A DNA stretch of 64,000 nt from an uncultured Bdellovibrionales bacterium (GTDB taxonomy: Bacteria; Bdellovibrionota; UBA1018; CAIPTA01). Numbering within the stretch: the first letter of the stretch is position 1; every line of letters starts with the position of its first letter. The notes under the pieces are model-generated. The model was given only the letters and a program-made list of their open reading frames with translations. It was not told where the DNA came from and did no database searches. A program made the translations under genes and the position numbers. Of this stretch, positions 36,801 through 43,342 are shown piece after piece. The stretch lies in the NCBI GenBank assembly GCA_964612065.1, contig CAZTCD010000007.1, forward strand, positions 5,563 through 69,562, given 5' to 3'.

Positions 36801-36948
36801 CGAGTGCCTCGAATAGGGGATCCAGGAAGTCGATCCTGACTTGTGATTCATTGTATTCATTGGAGAGATGGAAGTCCTTATGCTTATCAAATTTGATCGC
36901 CAAGGACTTCAGCTTCTTGCTGAATGATTCAGGTGACTTTCGTGTCAT
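33892..36948 (-). CDS. type IIG restriction-modification enzyme (fused PD-(D/E)xK nuclease + N6-adenine methyltransferase + target-recognition domain; Eco57I-like)
   Basis: N-terminal HsdR_N-like nuclease core RPDYAFRFNGRTKFFVEAKAP, SAM motif I ILDPACGSGSFLITAF, catalytic VVIMNPPYVKIQ (NPPY), and a long C-terminal region consistent with a TaqI-like specificity domain. 1018 aa. Confidence 0.9.
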   Translation of the reverse strand: MTRKSPESFSKKLKSLAIKFDKHKDFHLSNEYNESQVRIDFLDPLFEALGWDIINKRELPYHRREVIVERGDIPGRDRPDYAFRFNGRTKFFVEAKAPNQPLDSIYHVHQAKTYAWSSPDASIAILTDFEGMKIFDCRALPEIKKPQKGLIKEIHYHEYEKHADFLWEFSRKSVEQGSLEALLKVNETSRDNRIAVDKDFLKFLMNWKVTLANQIKNRNKRLNVSEIEHCVELLLNRVVFLRVAEDREILTRPTLISMAAYWKETKGFNLWDKLRDHFDKINEDLNGMMFHTSELFSKIDVDEELIHELITNFYFPNAPYRFDQIPIELLGTIYEQYLGKEFAIKSGKVVLEDKPFVRKAGGVYYTPHHIVSHIVENTLSKTIYGKKYSEVSRLSILDPACGSGSFLITAFGKLMEYHLDYLLKNPKDVAQGKFFPDLVKDDAGEVKLSIEKKRSILQNHIFGVDIDPQAVSICIMSLYLKALEGEQRLPNRKSLLPSLESNVKCGNSLVSGSTPELERLIGPDYAVRRPFSWERNFPKQLRNNGFDVVIMNPPYVKIQNLMGDDVNDVRFLQEKYKSAKEGSSDIYVAFIEKALSLLHPKGQLGLICPHKFFQAKYGKETRDILSKEGFLREIVYFNDIQIFQGASTYTCLIYCSKDNAPKVKFSDIKLEEKLVNSLQISLETDQPFVSDALIIDFIEQKKLRESAVWNLVVGPEQEIFNALLKKGKTLGSICPKIYQGVISGADTVFMLEGAVSEGKRIQKLYSREMDKLVEVEAEILKPVLRGSSDIKPYQLESPTHHIIFPYAAQADGSAKLIPEDELQDKFPKAHAYLKLNKAVLEKREKGKWTGKDWHCYSRNQNLVRFQNPKLMVPYMLDRLTNFYDRAGGRYFVNVTTGGYGIEIDPAAGISYDYLSGILCSSLMDFFIRKVSSNFRGGYFPCSKQYLENLPILIPESKEHKAAAKKIEILMASVQKKLDQGKEISEDEKLENQQELDSLVEELYGVKLPFQKPAKAITG

Positions 36949-37225
36949 AGTTCTTCGCTTCCTGCAAAGATTGAGGGCCAGTATCTATTCTGATGTGCTT
37001 GGGGCGGTATGTCTACTCGGTCGGAAAAACGAGCGGAATAGCAGAAGAAGAGAAACCAAGAGGCGTGTGATTCTGAGCCGGAACCGTGAACCAGTTCCGT
37101 GTACCAAAACCCCCTCAAACTCATTCGTCTCAAAGCTCGAAACTTGGCGTCGTCGTCTCTTCAAATAGGGCGTACTAAAACCAAATCAATTTCGGACGCT
37201 TCGTGGGGCATCTGCGTGTTCGCTG

Positions 37226-37534
37226 CTAACGTCCAGAATTGATCTCTGGCTTAACCGTCTCTTTCCAGGCGGGGCCCTTCACTAGTGCGAAAGGCATTGG
37301 CACGAACTTCGTGGCTTCTTCTGTAACTGACCCAATCGCAGCCGCGGCACTGGATCTGATCTGACTTAAAAGGGCGGCCCTTTCCAATTCTGAGAGCGCA
37401 GCACACTGAGTGAGTTTTGTGTCGCCACATTTTTTATCCGTTAAAGTGGCAGCTATTTTATGAGTGGCAGTCAATACGGCCCGGGCCTCCTGAAGCACCC
37501 ATAATCTCACCCATAGATACCCATAAAATGCCAT
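37226..37534 (-). CDS. questionable small ORF upstream of the R-M gene
   Basis: 102-codon ORF. Its first ~12 codons are built from the TATGGGT repeat array, so the annotated start is doubtful. No motif recognised. Confidence 0.25.
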   Translation of the reverse strand: MAFYGYLWVRLWVLQEARAVLTATHKIAATLTDKKCGDTKLTQCAALSELERAALLSQIRSSAAAAIGSVTEEATKFVPMPFALVKGPAWKETVKPEINSGR

Positions 37535-37575
37535 TTTAAGTGGCTTTATGGGTAATTGCGGGTATATTTATGGGT
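37497..37575. promoter_or_regulatory. array of five (T)ACCCATA(A) 7-9-mers in convergent orientation at the 5' end of fic
   Basis: acccata occurs at 37497, 37509 and 37519. Its complement tatgggt occurs at 37547 and 37569, with extended matches ttatgggta. The array lies between fic and the opposite-strand ORF. Confidence 0.6.
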
Positions 37576-38634
37576 ATGAAGCCTCTTAAACCCAAACAGG
37601 TATCTACCGAGGTTTTGAACCTCATTGCCGAGCTGGAGGGCTTCAATAGCCGCTGGGTTACCACGCAGGCCCTGGCACCCGATCGCCTCGCGGCCCTTCG
37701 CCAAGTGGCTACCATCGAGTCTGTGGGTTCCAGCACGCGCATCGAAGGCGTGAAGCTCACGAACGCCCAGATAGAGGCCCTGCTTCGTGGCGTGAAGACC
37801 TACTCGTTCCGCTCTCGCGACGAGCAGGAAGTGGGCGGCTATGCCGAAGTGATGGAGACGATCTTCGCCTCCTACAAAGAGATTCCTATCACCGAGAACT
37901 TCGTCAAGCAGCTGCACGGGATGCTGCTCAAGTACAGCACGAAGGATGAGCGCCACCGTGGCGACTACAAAAAGTTCCCGAACCATGTCGAGGCATTCGG
38001 CGCTGATGGCAAGAGCCAGGGTGTGATTTTCCATACAGCCGCGCCTGTCGATACTCCCAAGTTCATGACTGACCTTGTGGAGTGGACAAATTCCGAGCTT
38101 GCAAAGAAAGAGCTGCACCCGCTCCTCGTGATTGGAATCTTCGTGGTTATCTTTCTGCAGATACACCCGTTCCAAGACGGAAATGGCCGCCTCGCGCGCG
38201 CGCTCACCACATTGCTTTTACTCAAGCAGGGCTACGCCTACGTACCTTACAGCTCATTGGAGCGTGTCATCGAAGAGAGCAAAGACGCTTACTACCTGGC
38301 TCTTCGTCGTGGACAAGCAGAGCTCGAAGGCGAAAAGCCTGGTGGAATGGAAGACTGGCTCCTCTTTTTCCTACGTTCCATGCAGAAGCAGAAGGCAGCA
38401 ATGGAGAAGAAGCTTGCCGACGAATTGGCTGCCGCGAAGTTGCCACCACTTTCATTACAGATCATTGAACTCATTCGCAGCCGCGGGCCTACGTCCATCT
38501 CGGAAGTGGTTTCCGCTACGGGTGCCAACCGCAACACAGTGAAGGTGCACTTTCGCCGTCTCGTAGATGATGGCCGCCTCGTGGCCGAAGGCGTGGGCCG
38601 GGGCGTGCGCTATAGGATGAAAGTAGGGGCGTAG
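37570..38634 (+). CDS. Fic-family protein (class II, N-terminal inhibitory helix; C-terminal winged-helix)
   Basis: Active site HPFQDGNGRLARAL (HxFx(D/E)GNGRxxR) and inhibitory motif STRIEG ((S/T)xxxE(G/N)) about 60 aa from the N-terminus. C-terminal LQIIELIRSRGPTSISEVVSATGANRNTVKVHFRRLVDDGRL is wHTH-like. The start is ATG 37570 or 37576; track start 37540 is a GTG inside the repeat array. Confidence 0.9.
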   Translation: MGMKPLKPKQVSTEVLNLIAELEGFNSRWVTTQALAPDRLAALRQVATIESVGSSTRIEGVKLTNAQIEALLRGVKTYSFRSRDEQEVGGYAEVMETIFASYKEIPITENFVKQLHGMLLKYSTKDERHRGDYKKFPNHVEAFGADGKSQGVIFHTAAPVDTPKFMTDLVEWTNSELAKKELHPLLVIGIFVVIFLQIHPFQDGNGRLARALTTLLLLKQGYAYVPYSSLERVIEESKDAYYLALRRGQAELEGEKPGGMEDWLLFFLRSMQKQKAAMEKKLADELAAAKLPPLSLQIIELIRSRGPTSISEVVSATGANRNTVKVHFRRLVDDGRLVAEGVGRGVRYRMKVGA

Positions 38635-38818
38635 TTATGCTTTACGAAGTCGGCCTTACCGGAGCGATCCTGCTGTTTGCCGGATTCACGGGCGCAACCG
38701 GCCTCTCGGAGTGAATGCGCTTCCACAGGGCCTTCGCACGGATCGCGGGTGCGGCTTCTGGTTTTCTAGGCGGCCTCGTGGGCAATTAAGGCGGCTTTTA
38801 TTGCTTACGCCGCGGCTT

Positions 38819-39478
38819 TTATTTTCCGTTTGATTCGATTTTCATATCCAGTGCTTGCCTGATGGACTCGTATGTTTTCCAGTGCAGCTTTGATTTATTG
38901 TGTTCGATTTCCCAAATTGCAACCTCGGGAAAGTTCACGTAGATGCGCAGCCGCCTCAGTGCTTCGCTGGCTTTGGGATTCCCGGCCTCTATCTTTTGAA
39001 GCGTAACGGTGGAAACGCCGAAAGCGGCTGAGAATTCTCTTATGGTTAGATGGAGTTCCCGGCGATAACTCGCAATTTCTGCCGCAAATCCTCCGCTATC
39101 AGGTTCTGGTTTTTCGAACACAAACGAGGATGCCCCACGCTTTCCGATGCTAGGCAGAAGAACAATGGGGTCGGTTTCTTTGGGATCAACGCCGCTTTCC
39201 TGGCAGTACTCCACATAGGCCGGATTTTTCCTCGATGGAATGCGATCCTCAAATGTTTGAAATAGCTTTTCAGCCTTGAATTTCTGCTTCGTGAGGGGAA
39301 ATTCAGGCCCGAGGGGAATGGAATTTTTTTTCAGGAGATAGGGCATATTGTATTCGAATTCGTAGCTTGCCTTCTTTCCGTCTACGAGCTTGGTCAGGCG
39401 CCCAACAAATTCTTTGGTTTTTCTTCTTTCCAGGAAGACAAGAACTGAGCTCTCCTTTCCATTGTTGTTTTTAGCCAT
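38819..39478 (-). CDS. HipS-like (HipA N-subdomain) :: XRE-type HTH fusion, putative antitoxin/regulator
   Basis: Residues ~10-125 parallel the E. coli HipA N-terminus as I recall it: VGRLTKLVDG..YEFEY, PLGPEFPLT, TFEDRIPS, LLPSIGKRGASSFVF. The C-terminus LTIREFSAAFGVSTVTLQKIEAGNP is an XRE HTH. The start overlaps the kinase stop by 8 nt. Confidence 0.75.
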   Translation of the reverse strand: MAKNNNGKESSVLVFLERRKTKEFVGRLTKLVDGKKASYEFEYNMPYLLKKNSIPLGPEFPLTKQKFKAEKLFQTFEDRIPSRKNPAYVEYCQESGVDPKETDPIVLLPSIGKRGASSFVFEKPEPDSGGFAAEIASYRRELHLTIREFSAAFGVSTVTLQKIEAGNPKASEALRRLRIYVNFPEVAIWEIEHNKSKLHWKTYESIRQALDMKIESNGK

Positions 39479-40391
39479 TCTCGAGCTCCTCCAGGCGGCT
39501 TTCGACGAGTTGAGCTAGAGCGCGTCTTCTTTTCTCGGAGAGAAACTGAAATCCGTTTATCGTTTGGAAGATAGATGCGCTTTTGGAAATGAATTTTGTC
39601 TTTGTGCTCTCAATCGCGGCTTCAAGGCCGAGTCGCCTGAATTCTTCGATATAGTGCTTTGTTGTAGGCTCTTCACTATCCTTCGTAAGGATCGTTCCTT
39701 TGGGTTGGATGTCCGATCCCAGCATTAATTCTTCGGCGATTCCCAGGTAGGAAGGGTTGTCGTAAAACGGCGAAAGGGTCCGGATTCCGCCTGACTTTGT
39801 AAGATACGCCAGGTTTCTTCCGTGCCTATCATGGTTTCCGATCAGAGAATCAAACAGGCAGATCTCCACGAACCGATGCACCTCTCCCAGCCGGCCAGTT
39901 GAATCGAGAAGGTTTTTTGTGATTGTTTCGCAGTCGAAGCGTGAAACTTCTGGTAGGAATTTGTAGATATGATCGAGTGTGGCGGGCGCGTGTTCGTCTA
40001 GTAAGTTTCTCGTTACAAAGGTGAGCGCCTGGTTTTGAAATCTTATCAGGTGAAATGGTGCAACGGAGATTCCCAATCCCTTCGCTATCTGGTTGGACAA
40101 GAACTCCACGGCTGGAAGCTCGGGATACTCCTGCTGCTGAACTTTTAGAATATAGTTTTGGTTTTCCAGGGAAGCTGAGTACTTGCGAAATGCTCCATGA
40201 AAGAAACTGGAGTTGATTCTGCCGAAGCTGGTTTGGGCATCGCCTTTGGGCTTTTGGGAAACGGCTTTTTCGCTCAAATTCCTGAATTCAGTTTGGGTTG
40301 CCAGATTGAATTCTGCGCAAAAGCAGTTCGGATGCATTCCGTGAAATGCGTCATTTGCGGCAATAGGGGCGAGGCACCTGGTGCAGATCAT
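39471..40391 (-). CDS. HipA-family Ser/Thr kinase, core-only (HipT-like) with an N-terminal Cys/His cluster
   Basis: Catalytic loop LFDSLIGNHDRHGRNLAYL, downstream SPFYDNPS, and GAFRK in the position of the Gly-rich loop. At 306 aa it lacks the HipA N-subdomain. The N-terminus is MICTRCLAPIAANDAFHGMHPNCFC. Confidence 0.85.
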   Translation of the reverse strand: MICTRCLAPIAANDAFHGMHPNCFCAEFNLATQTEFRNLSEKAVSQKPKGDAQTSFGRINSSFFHGAFRKYSASLENQNYILKVQQQEYPELPAVEFLSNQIAKGLGISVAPFHLIRFQNQALTFVTRNLLDEHAPATLDHIYKFLPEVSRFDCETITKNLLDSTGRLGEVHRFVEICLFDSLIGNHDRHGRNLAYLTKSGGIRTLSPFYDNPSYLGIAEELMLGSDIQPKGTILTKDSEEPTTKHYIEEFRRLGLEAAIESTKTKFISKSASIFQTINGFQFLSEKRRRALAQLVESRLEELENG

Positions 40392-40465
40392 GTATTAATA
40401 GTAATACAAATTATTACAGTGTCAATATTAATACATTTATATTTTGTATCAATAGTAATACAAAT
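40391..40465. promoter_or_regulatory. AT-rich promoter/operator region of the hip module with direct and inverted repeats
   Basis: aatagtaatacaaat occurs at 40397..40411 and again at 40451..40465 (15/15 identical). The inverted pair tgtattaata (40391..40400) / tattaataca (40426..40435) is also present. Confidence 0.55.
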
Positions 40466-40931
40466 AATAAATCAATGAAATTAACTACATATGATGCTTT
40501 GGGTTGGGGGTGCTTGGATCGCCTCCATGTAAGGCGAACAAGAAGCTGATGCACCTGCTTTTGGTGCTCCATATACCTCGTCGAGTCTCAGTGGGTACTT
40601 TTCATGCATTTAGAGTGGCGGCGACTTCTCGATAACTAAGGCCCTGACTTCGAAGCTTCTTCATCCGGGAAATATTTGCTTGTTCACCTGTATGGTCTTC
40701 TGTCTGCCATTTCCGCCATTTTTGTCCGTAGCCAAGTTGGGATTTGCTTCTGTAACTCAGATTAGAGCTGCGGAGCGGGGTGCCGCATTTTCAGATACTT
40801 TTCTAGCGTACTACGGGAGGACGGTTTTCTGATTTAATCAAATGATCGCCATCCCATTTAAAAAACGGCGTATTCATGCGGGGCTCGCGCGAAGGATCGA
40901 AGAGGTTCGCGAGCGCTGCTACAATCCCTTT

Positions 40932-41477
40932 TTACTGGCTGATCGGAGTGCTTGTGACTTCCGATGCAAAAACAGAGCATGGAAATGCGGAACTCTCAGA
41001 GTGCTCGTTAAGTTCGACGGATTTGACAGAAATATTGATTTGAAGGGCGGGGGAGGTCTTAGGTCTAAGCTTTTCAGGCAAAGACGACACGTCTTTCCAC
41101 GAACTGGAATTAAGATCGAAAGGAGCAATTTCAACTACGGGTCCGTAGTTAAGATTTGTTTGATTTTTTTCTTCGTCATTGCTCTTTAGCTCCCATCGAT
41201 ACCTATCGGAGCTCTTTATGGAAGGGGTGGCGTAAAACGCACCTTCGCCTGCGTAACTGAAAAATGTTATGGCTTCAGCCTGAATCATTCCATCGCTGCC
41301 AAAATGAAGCCTAGTTAGTTTTTCGTCTTTTCCGGCCTTACACCAAGCTTGCGCTGCTACTGCGGACTGGGGCGATGGAGAAATCGATGCGGCAGGCGTT
41401 TTGTTTTGAGCCGTATCTTTGGCACAAGCCACAAGCAAGGCAGAGGCTACTAAAAGAGAAGGTGTGTATCTGTTCAT
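40932..41477 (-). CDS. putative lipoprotein
   Basis: ATG 41477 gives MNRYTPSLLVASALLVACAKD (lipobox LVAC). The composition is AT-richer, like the island. Confidence 0.55.
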   Translation of the reverse strand: MNRYTPSLLVASALLVACAKDTAQNKTPAASISPSPQSAVAAQAWCKAGKDEKLTRLHFGSDGMIQAEAITFFSYAGEGAFYATPSIKSSDRYRWELKSNDEEKNQTNLNYGPVVEIAPFDLNSSSWKDVSSLPEKLRPKTSPALQINISVKSVELNEHSESSAFPCSVFASEVTSTPISQ

Positions 41478-41527
41478 ATGTATATGCCCGGCGAATTCTT
41501 CTTGAAGGTGCCGGGGGACTTTATCAA

Positions 41528-41548
41528 AATTGACTATATATGTCAATT
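41528..41548. promoter_or_regulatory. palindrome AATTGAC-tatatat-GTCAATT upstream of the lipoprotein gene
   Basis: Perfect 7-bp inverted arms around a TA-rich 7-nt core, ~50 bp upstream of ATG 41477. Confidence 0.4.
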
Positions 41549-41614
41549 ATGTAAGTTCTTATTTTTAGGCAGTTTTTGGCAAATCCTCCATGGGGCTCGG
41601 CCCCCGTTCTCTCC

Positions 41615-42034
41615 CTACCTCTTCACTTCCACGGCCGGATACTCTTCCTCATAGCTCTCGCCCTTCACGCCGTAGTAGGTAACTTTCCTGCCTTCGAAGT
41701 CGGCTTCGTAGGCCGCCACTCCCGCCTTCCATGTGGCCTGCAGAAACTCAGGGAAAGTGCTCTTGCCCGCCTGATCCGCCCGGATCGCCTGGATCAGGGC
41801 CTCGCGATCGAAGGTGGGCACCTCCTGGGTGCCGGTCAAGAGGGGCGTGCCTTGCTGAACCACCGCGCCCTCTTTCATCAGATAAATGGACTGGCACGAG
41901 GGCAGCGCCCAGCGATTGCTTTGCACTCCGGCCTGCCGGAGAACTTCCGCCAGCACCGGAAAACCTCCCACGCTCGGGCGGATCGACATCGCATACTTCT
42001 GCGCTTCCGCCAGTTTCTCGATTGTTTTGCTCAT
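41615..42034 (-). CDS. DUF1398-family protein
   Basis: 139 aa. The pattern ...FPVLAEVLRQAGVQSNRW...STFPEFLQATWKAGVAAYEADFEGRKVTYYG matches my memory of DUF1398 (YbcV/YdfO-like). It lies 18 nt downstream of aspS. Confidence 0.65.
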   Translation of the reverse strand: MSKTIEKLAEAQKYAMSIRPSVGGFPVLAEVLRQAGVQSNRWALPSCQSIYLMKEGAVVQQGTPLLTGTQEVPTFDREALIQAIRADQAGKSTFPEFLQATWKAGVAAYEADFEGRKVTYYGVKGESYEEEYPAVEVKR

Positions 42035-42052
42035 ATCGCGCTCCTTCTTTGG

Positions 42053-43342
42053 TTAAGGCTCCACGCGGTTTCTGTCGCGCGGATACATCGTAACTTCTCT
42101 TACATTGCTGATCCCGAGCACCTGAGCAGTGAGGCGTTCCAGCCCGATAGCCAGCCCTCCGTGCGGTGGCATTCCGAGCTCGAACATCCGAAGGTGCCCG
42201 GCGAAGTCTTCGGGCCGCAATCCCCGGCCACGGATCGCCGCTTCGAGTGAGGCGCGCGTGTGCAGTCGCTGGCCACCCGTAGTGATCTCGAGGCCGCGGA
42301 AGAGAAGATCGAAGCTCTGTGCCGCGCCCGCTGCGCCGCGGGCATGGGTGTAGAACGGCCGGGCCGCGAGAGGAAATCCCAGCACGAACACCGCCGGCAC
42401 GCCGCACTCTTTCTGCGCGAGCGCGCAGAGCTGGCGTTCGGCCTCTCCGTCGAGGTCGTCTACTAGATCGGTTCTCCCATGCTCTTTTTTCAGGCGGGCC
42501 AGGCATTCCGAAAATTCCCAGGTGGGAGCTTTCGTCATATCCGGCAGCCGTGAGCCTGATCTTCTCTCGATCGACTCGCCAAACCGCCCGTTCAATCCTT
42601 CGAAAATCTCGGAAAGCAGATCCTGCTCCAGCTTGATCACTTCCTCCGGTCCTTCGATGAATCCCATCTCGAGATCGAGGGAATAGTACTCGGTGAGGTG
42701 CCGGCTCGTGGCGTGAGGTTCGGCCCGGTACACATGCCCGGTTTCGAACACGCGCTCGAATGCCGCCACTCCGTGCTCTTTGTAGAACTGCGGGCTCTGG
42801 GCCAGATAGGCGGTGCGCTCGAAGTATTTCAGCGCAAAGAGGTTTGTTCCGCCTTCTGTGCCGCTCGCCACAAGTTTGGAGGTGATGATCTCCGTAAAGC
42901 GGTTTCGCGTGAGGAAGGAGCGGAATCCCGAAAGGATCGCCGCCTGCACGCGAAAGCTCTCCTCCACCAGCGAGGTGCGGAGGCTCAACGGCCGGTGATC
43001 GAGCACCACGTCTATCCCCACGTCTCCCACTTCCGAAGAGGAGTGAAAGGGGAGATCGTGTGCGGATTCATTCAGCACCCTCGCTTCGAGCAGATCCACC
43101 TCAAAGCCTGTTTTGGAGCGTGGCTCGGCTCTTACCTTGCCGCGCAGGGAGATTACATCGTCGAGCTTGAGGTTGAGGTGAGCCACCCGATCGGGCGAGG
43201 CCACCACCTGCACGGTGCCGCTGCAATCTTTCAGCACGATGAATGCTGTTTTCGCCAGGGCGCGATAACGGTAAACCCAGCCTTCCAGGCGCACTTCACT
43301 GCCAACCATGGATCCCACGCGCTCGATGAACGTGCGTTCCAT
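42053..43342 (-). CDS. aspS: aspartate--tRNA ligase, archaeal/eukaryal type (class IIb)
   Basis: OB-fold N-terminus VRLEGWVYRYRALAKTAFIVLKDCSGTVQVV, motif 2 YRAEPHATSRHLTEYYSLDLEMGFIEG, motif 3 GGLAIGLERL...REVTMYPRDRNRVEP. ATG 43342 is preferred over the GTG at 43438. Confidence 0.9.
   Translation of the reverse strand: MERTFIERVGSMVGSEVRLEGWVYRYRALAKTAFIVLKDCSGTVQVVASPDRVAHLNLKLDDVISLRGKVRAEPRSKTGFEVDLLEARVLNESAHDLPFHSSSEVGDVGIDVVLDHRPLSLRTSLVEESFRVQAAILSGFRSFLTRNRFTEIITSKLVASGTEGGTNLFALKYFERTAYLAQSPQFYKEHGVAAFERVFETGHVYRAEPHATSRHLTEYYSLDLEMGFIEGPEEVIKLEQDLLSEIFEGLNGRFGESIERRSGSRLPDMTKAPTWEFSECLARLKKEHGRTDLVDDLDGEAERQLCALAQKECGVPAVFVLGFPLAARPFYTHARGAAGAAQSFDLLFRGLEITTGGQRLHTRASLEAAIRGRGLRPEDFAGHLRMFELGMPPHGGLAIGLERLTAQVLGISNVREVTMYPRDRNRVEP

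Larger units (their letters stand above)
33458..41600. mobile_element. tRNA-His-adjacent genomic island (defence/toxin cargo; apparently degraded, no integrase)
   Basis: Visibly AT-richer than both flanks over most of the interval. It starts right after a tRNA gene. Cargo is csp, a type IIG R-M enzyme, Fic and a Hip kinase module, plus gene fragments. The right boundary is approximate and no att direct repeat was found by eye. Confidence 0.5.

Noticed and set aside
33892-36948. Interpreting the 1018-aa methyltransferase as BREX PglX or a type I HsdM
   Set aside because: It has its own N-terminal PD-(D/E)xK nuclease core. No BREX (pglZ, brxC, brxL) or hsdS/hsdR genes are adjacent. A single-chain type IIG enzyme fits better.
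40842-41189. 115-codon plus-strand ORF
   Set aside because: It overlaps the better-supported lipoprotein gene (signal peptide plus lipobox) on the opposite strand, and has no SD or motif.
40466-41620. Search for an attR-type direct repeat of the tRNA-His 3' end (…ggttcaagtccccttagccacccca) to fix the island boundary
   Set aside because: I could not find a convincing match of 12 nt or more by eye anywhere between 36.9 and 45.1 kb. The right boundary is therefore left approximate, and no integrative-element call is made beyond a degraded island.
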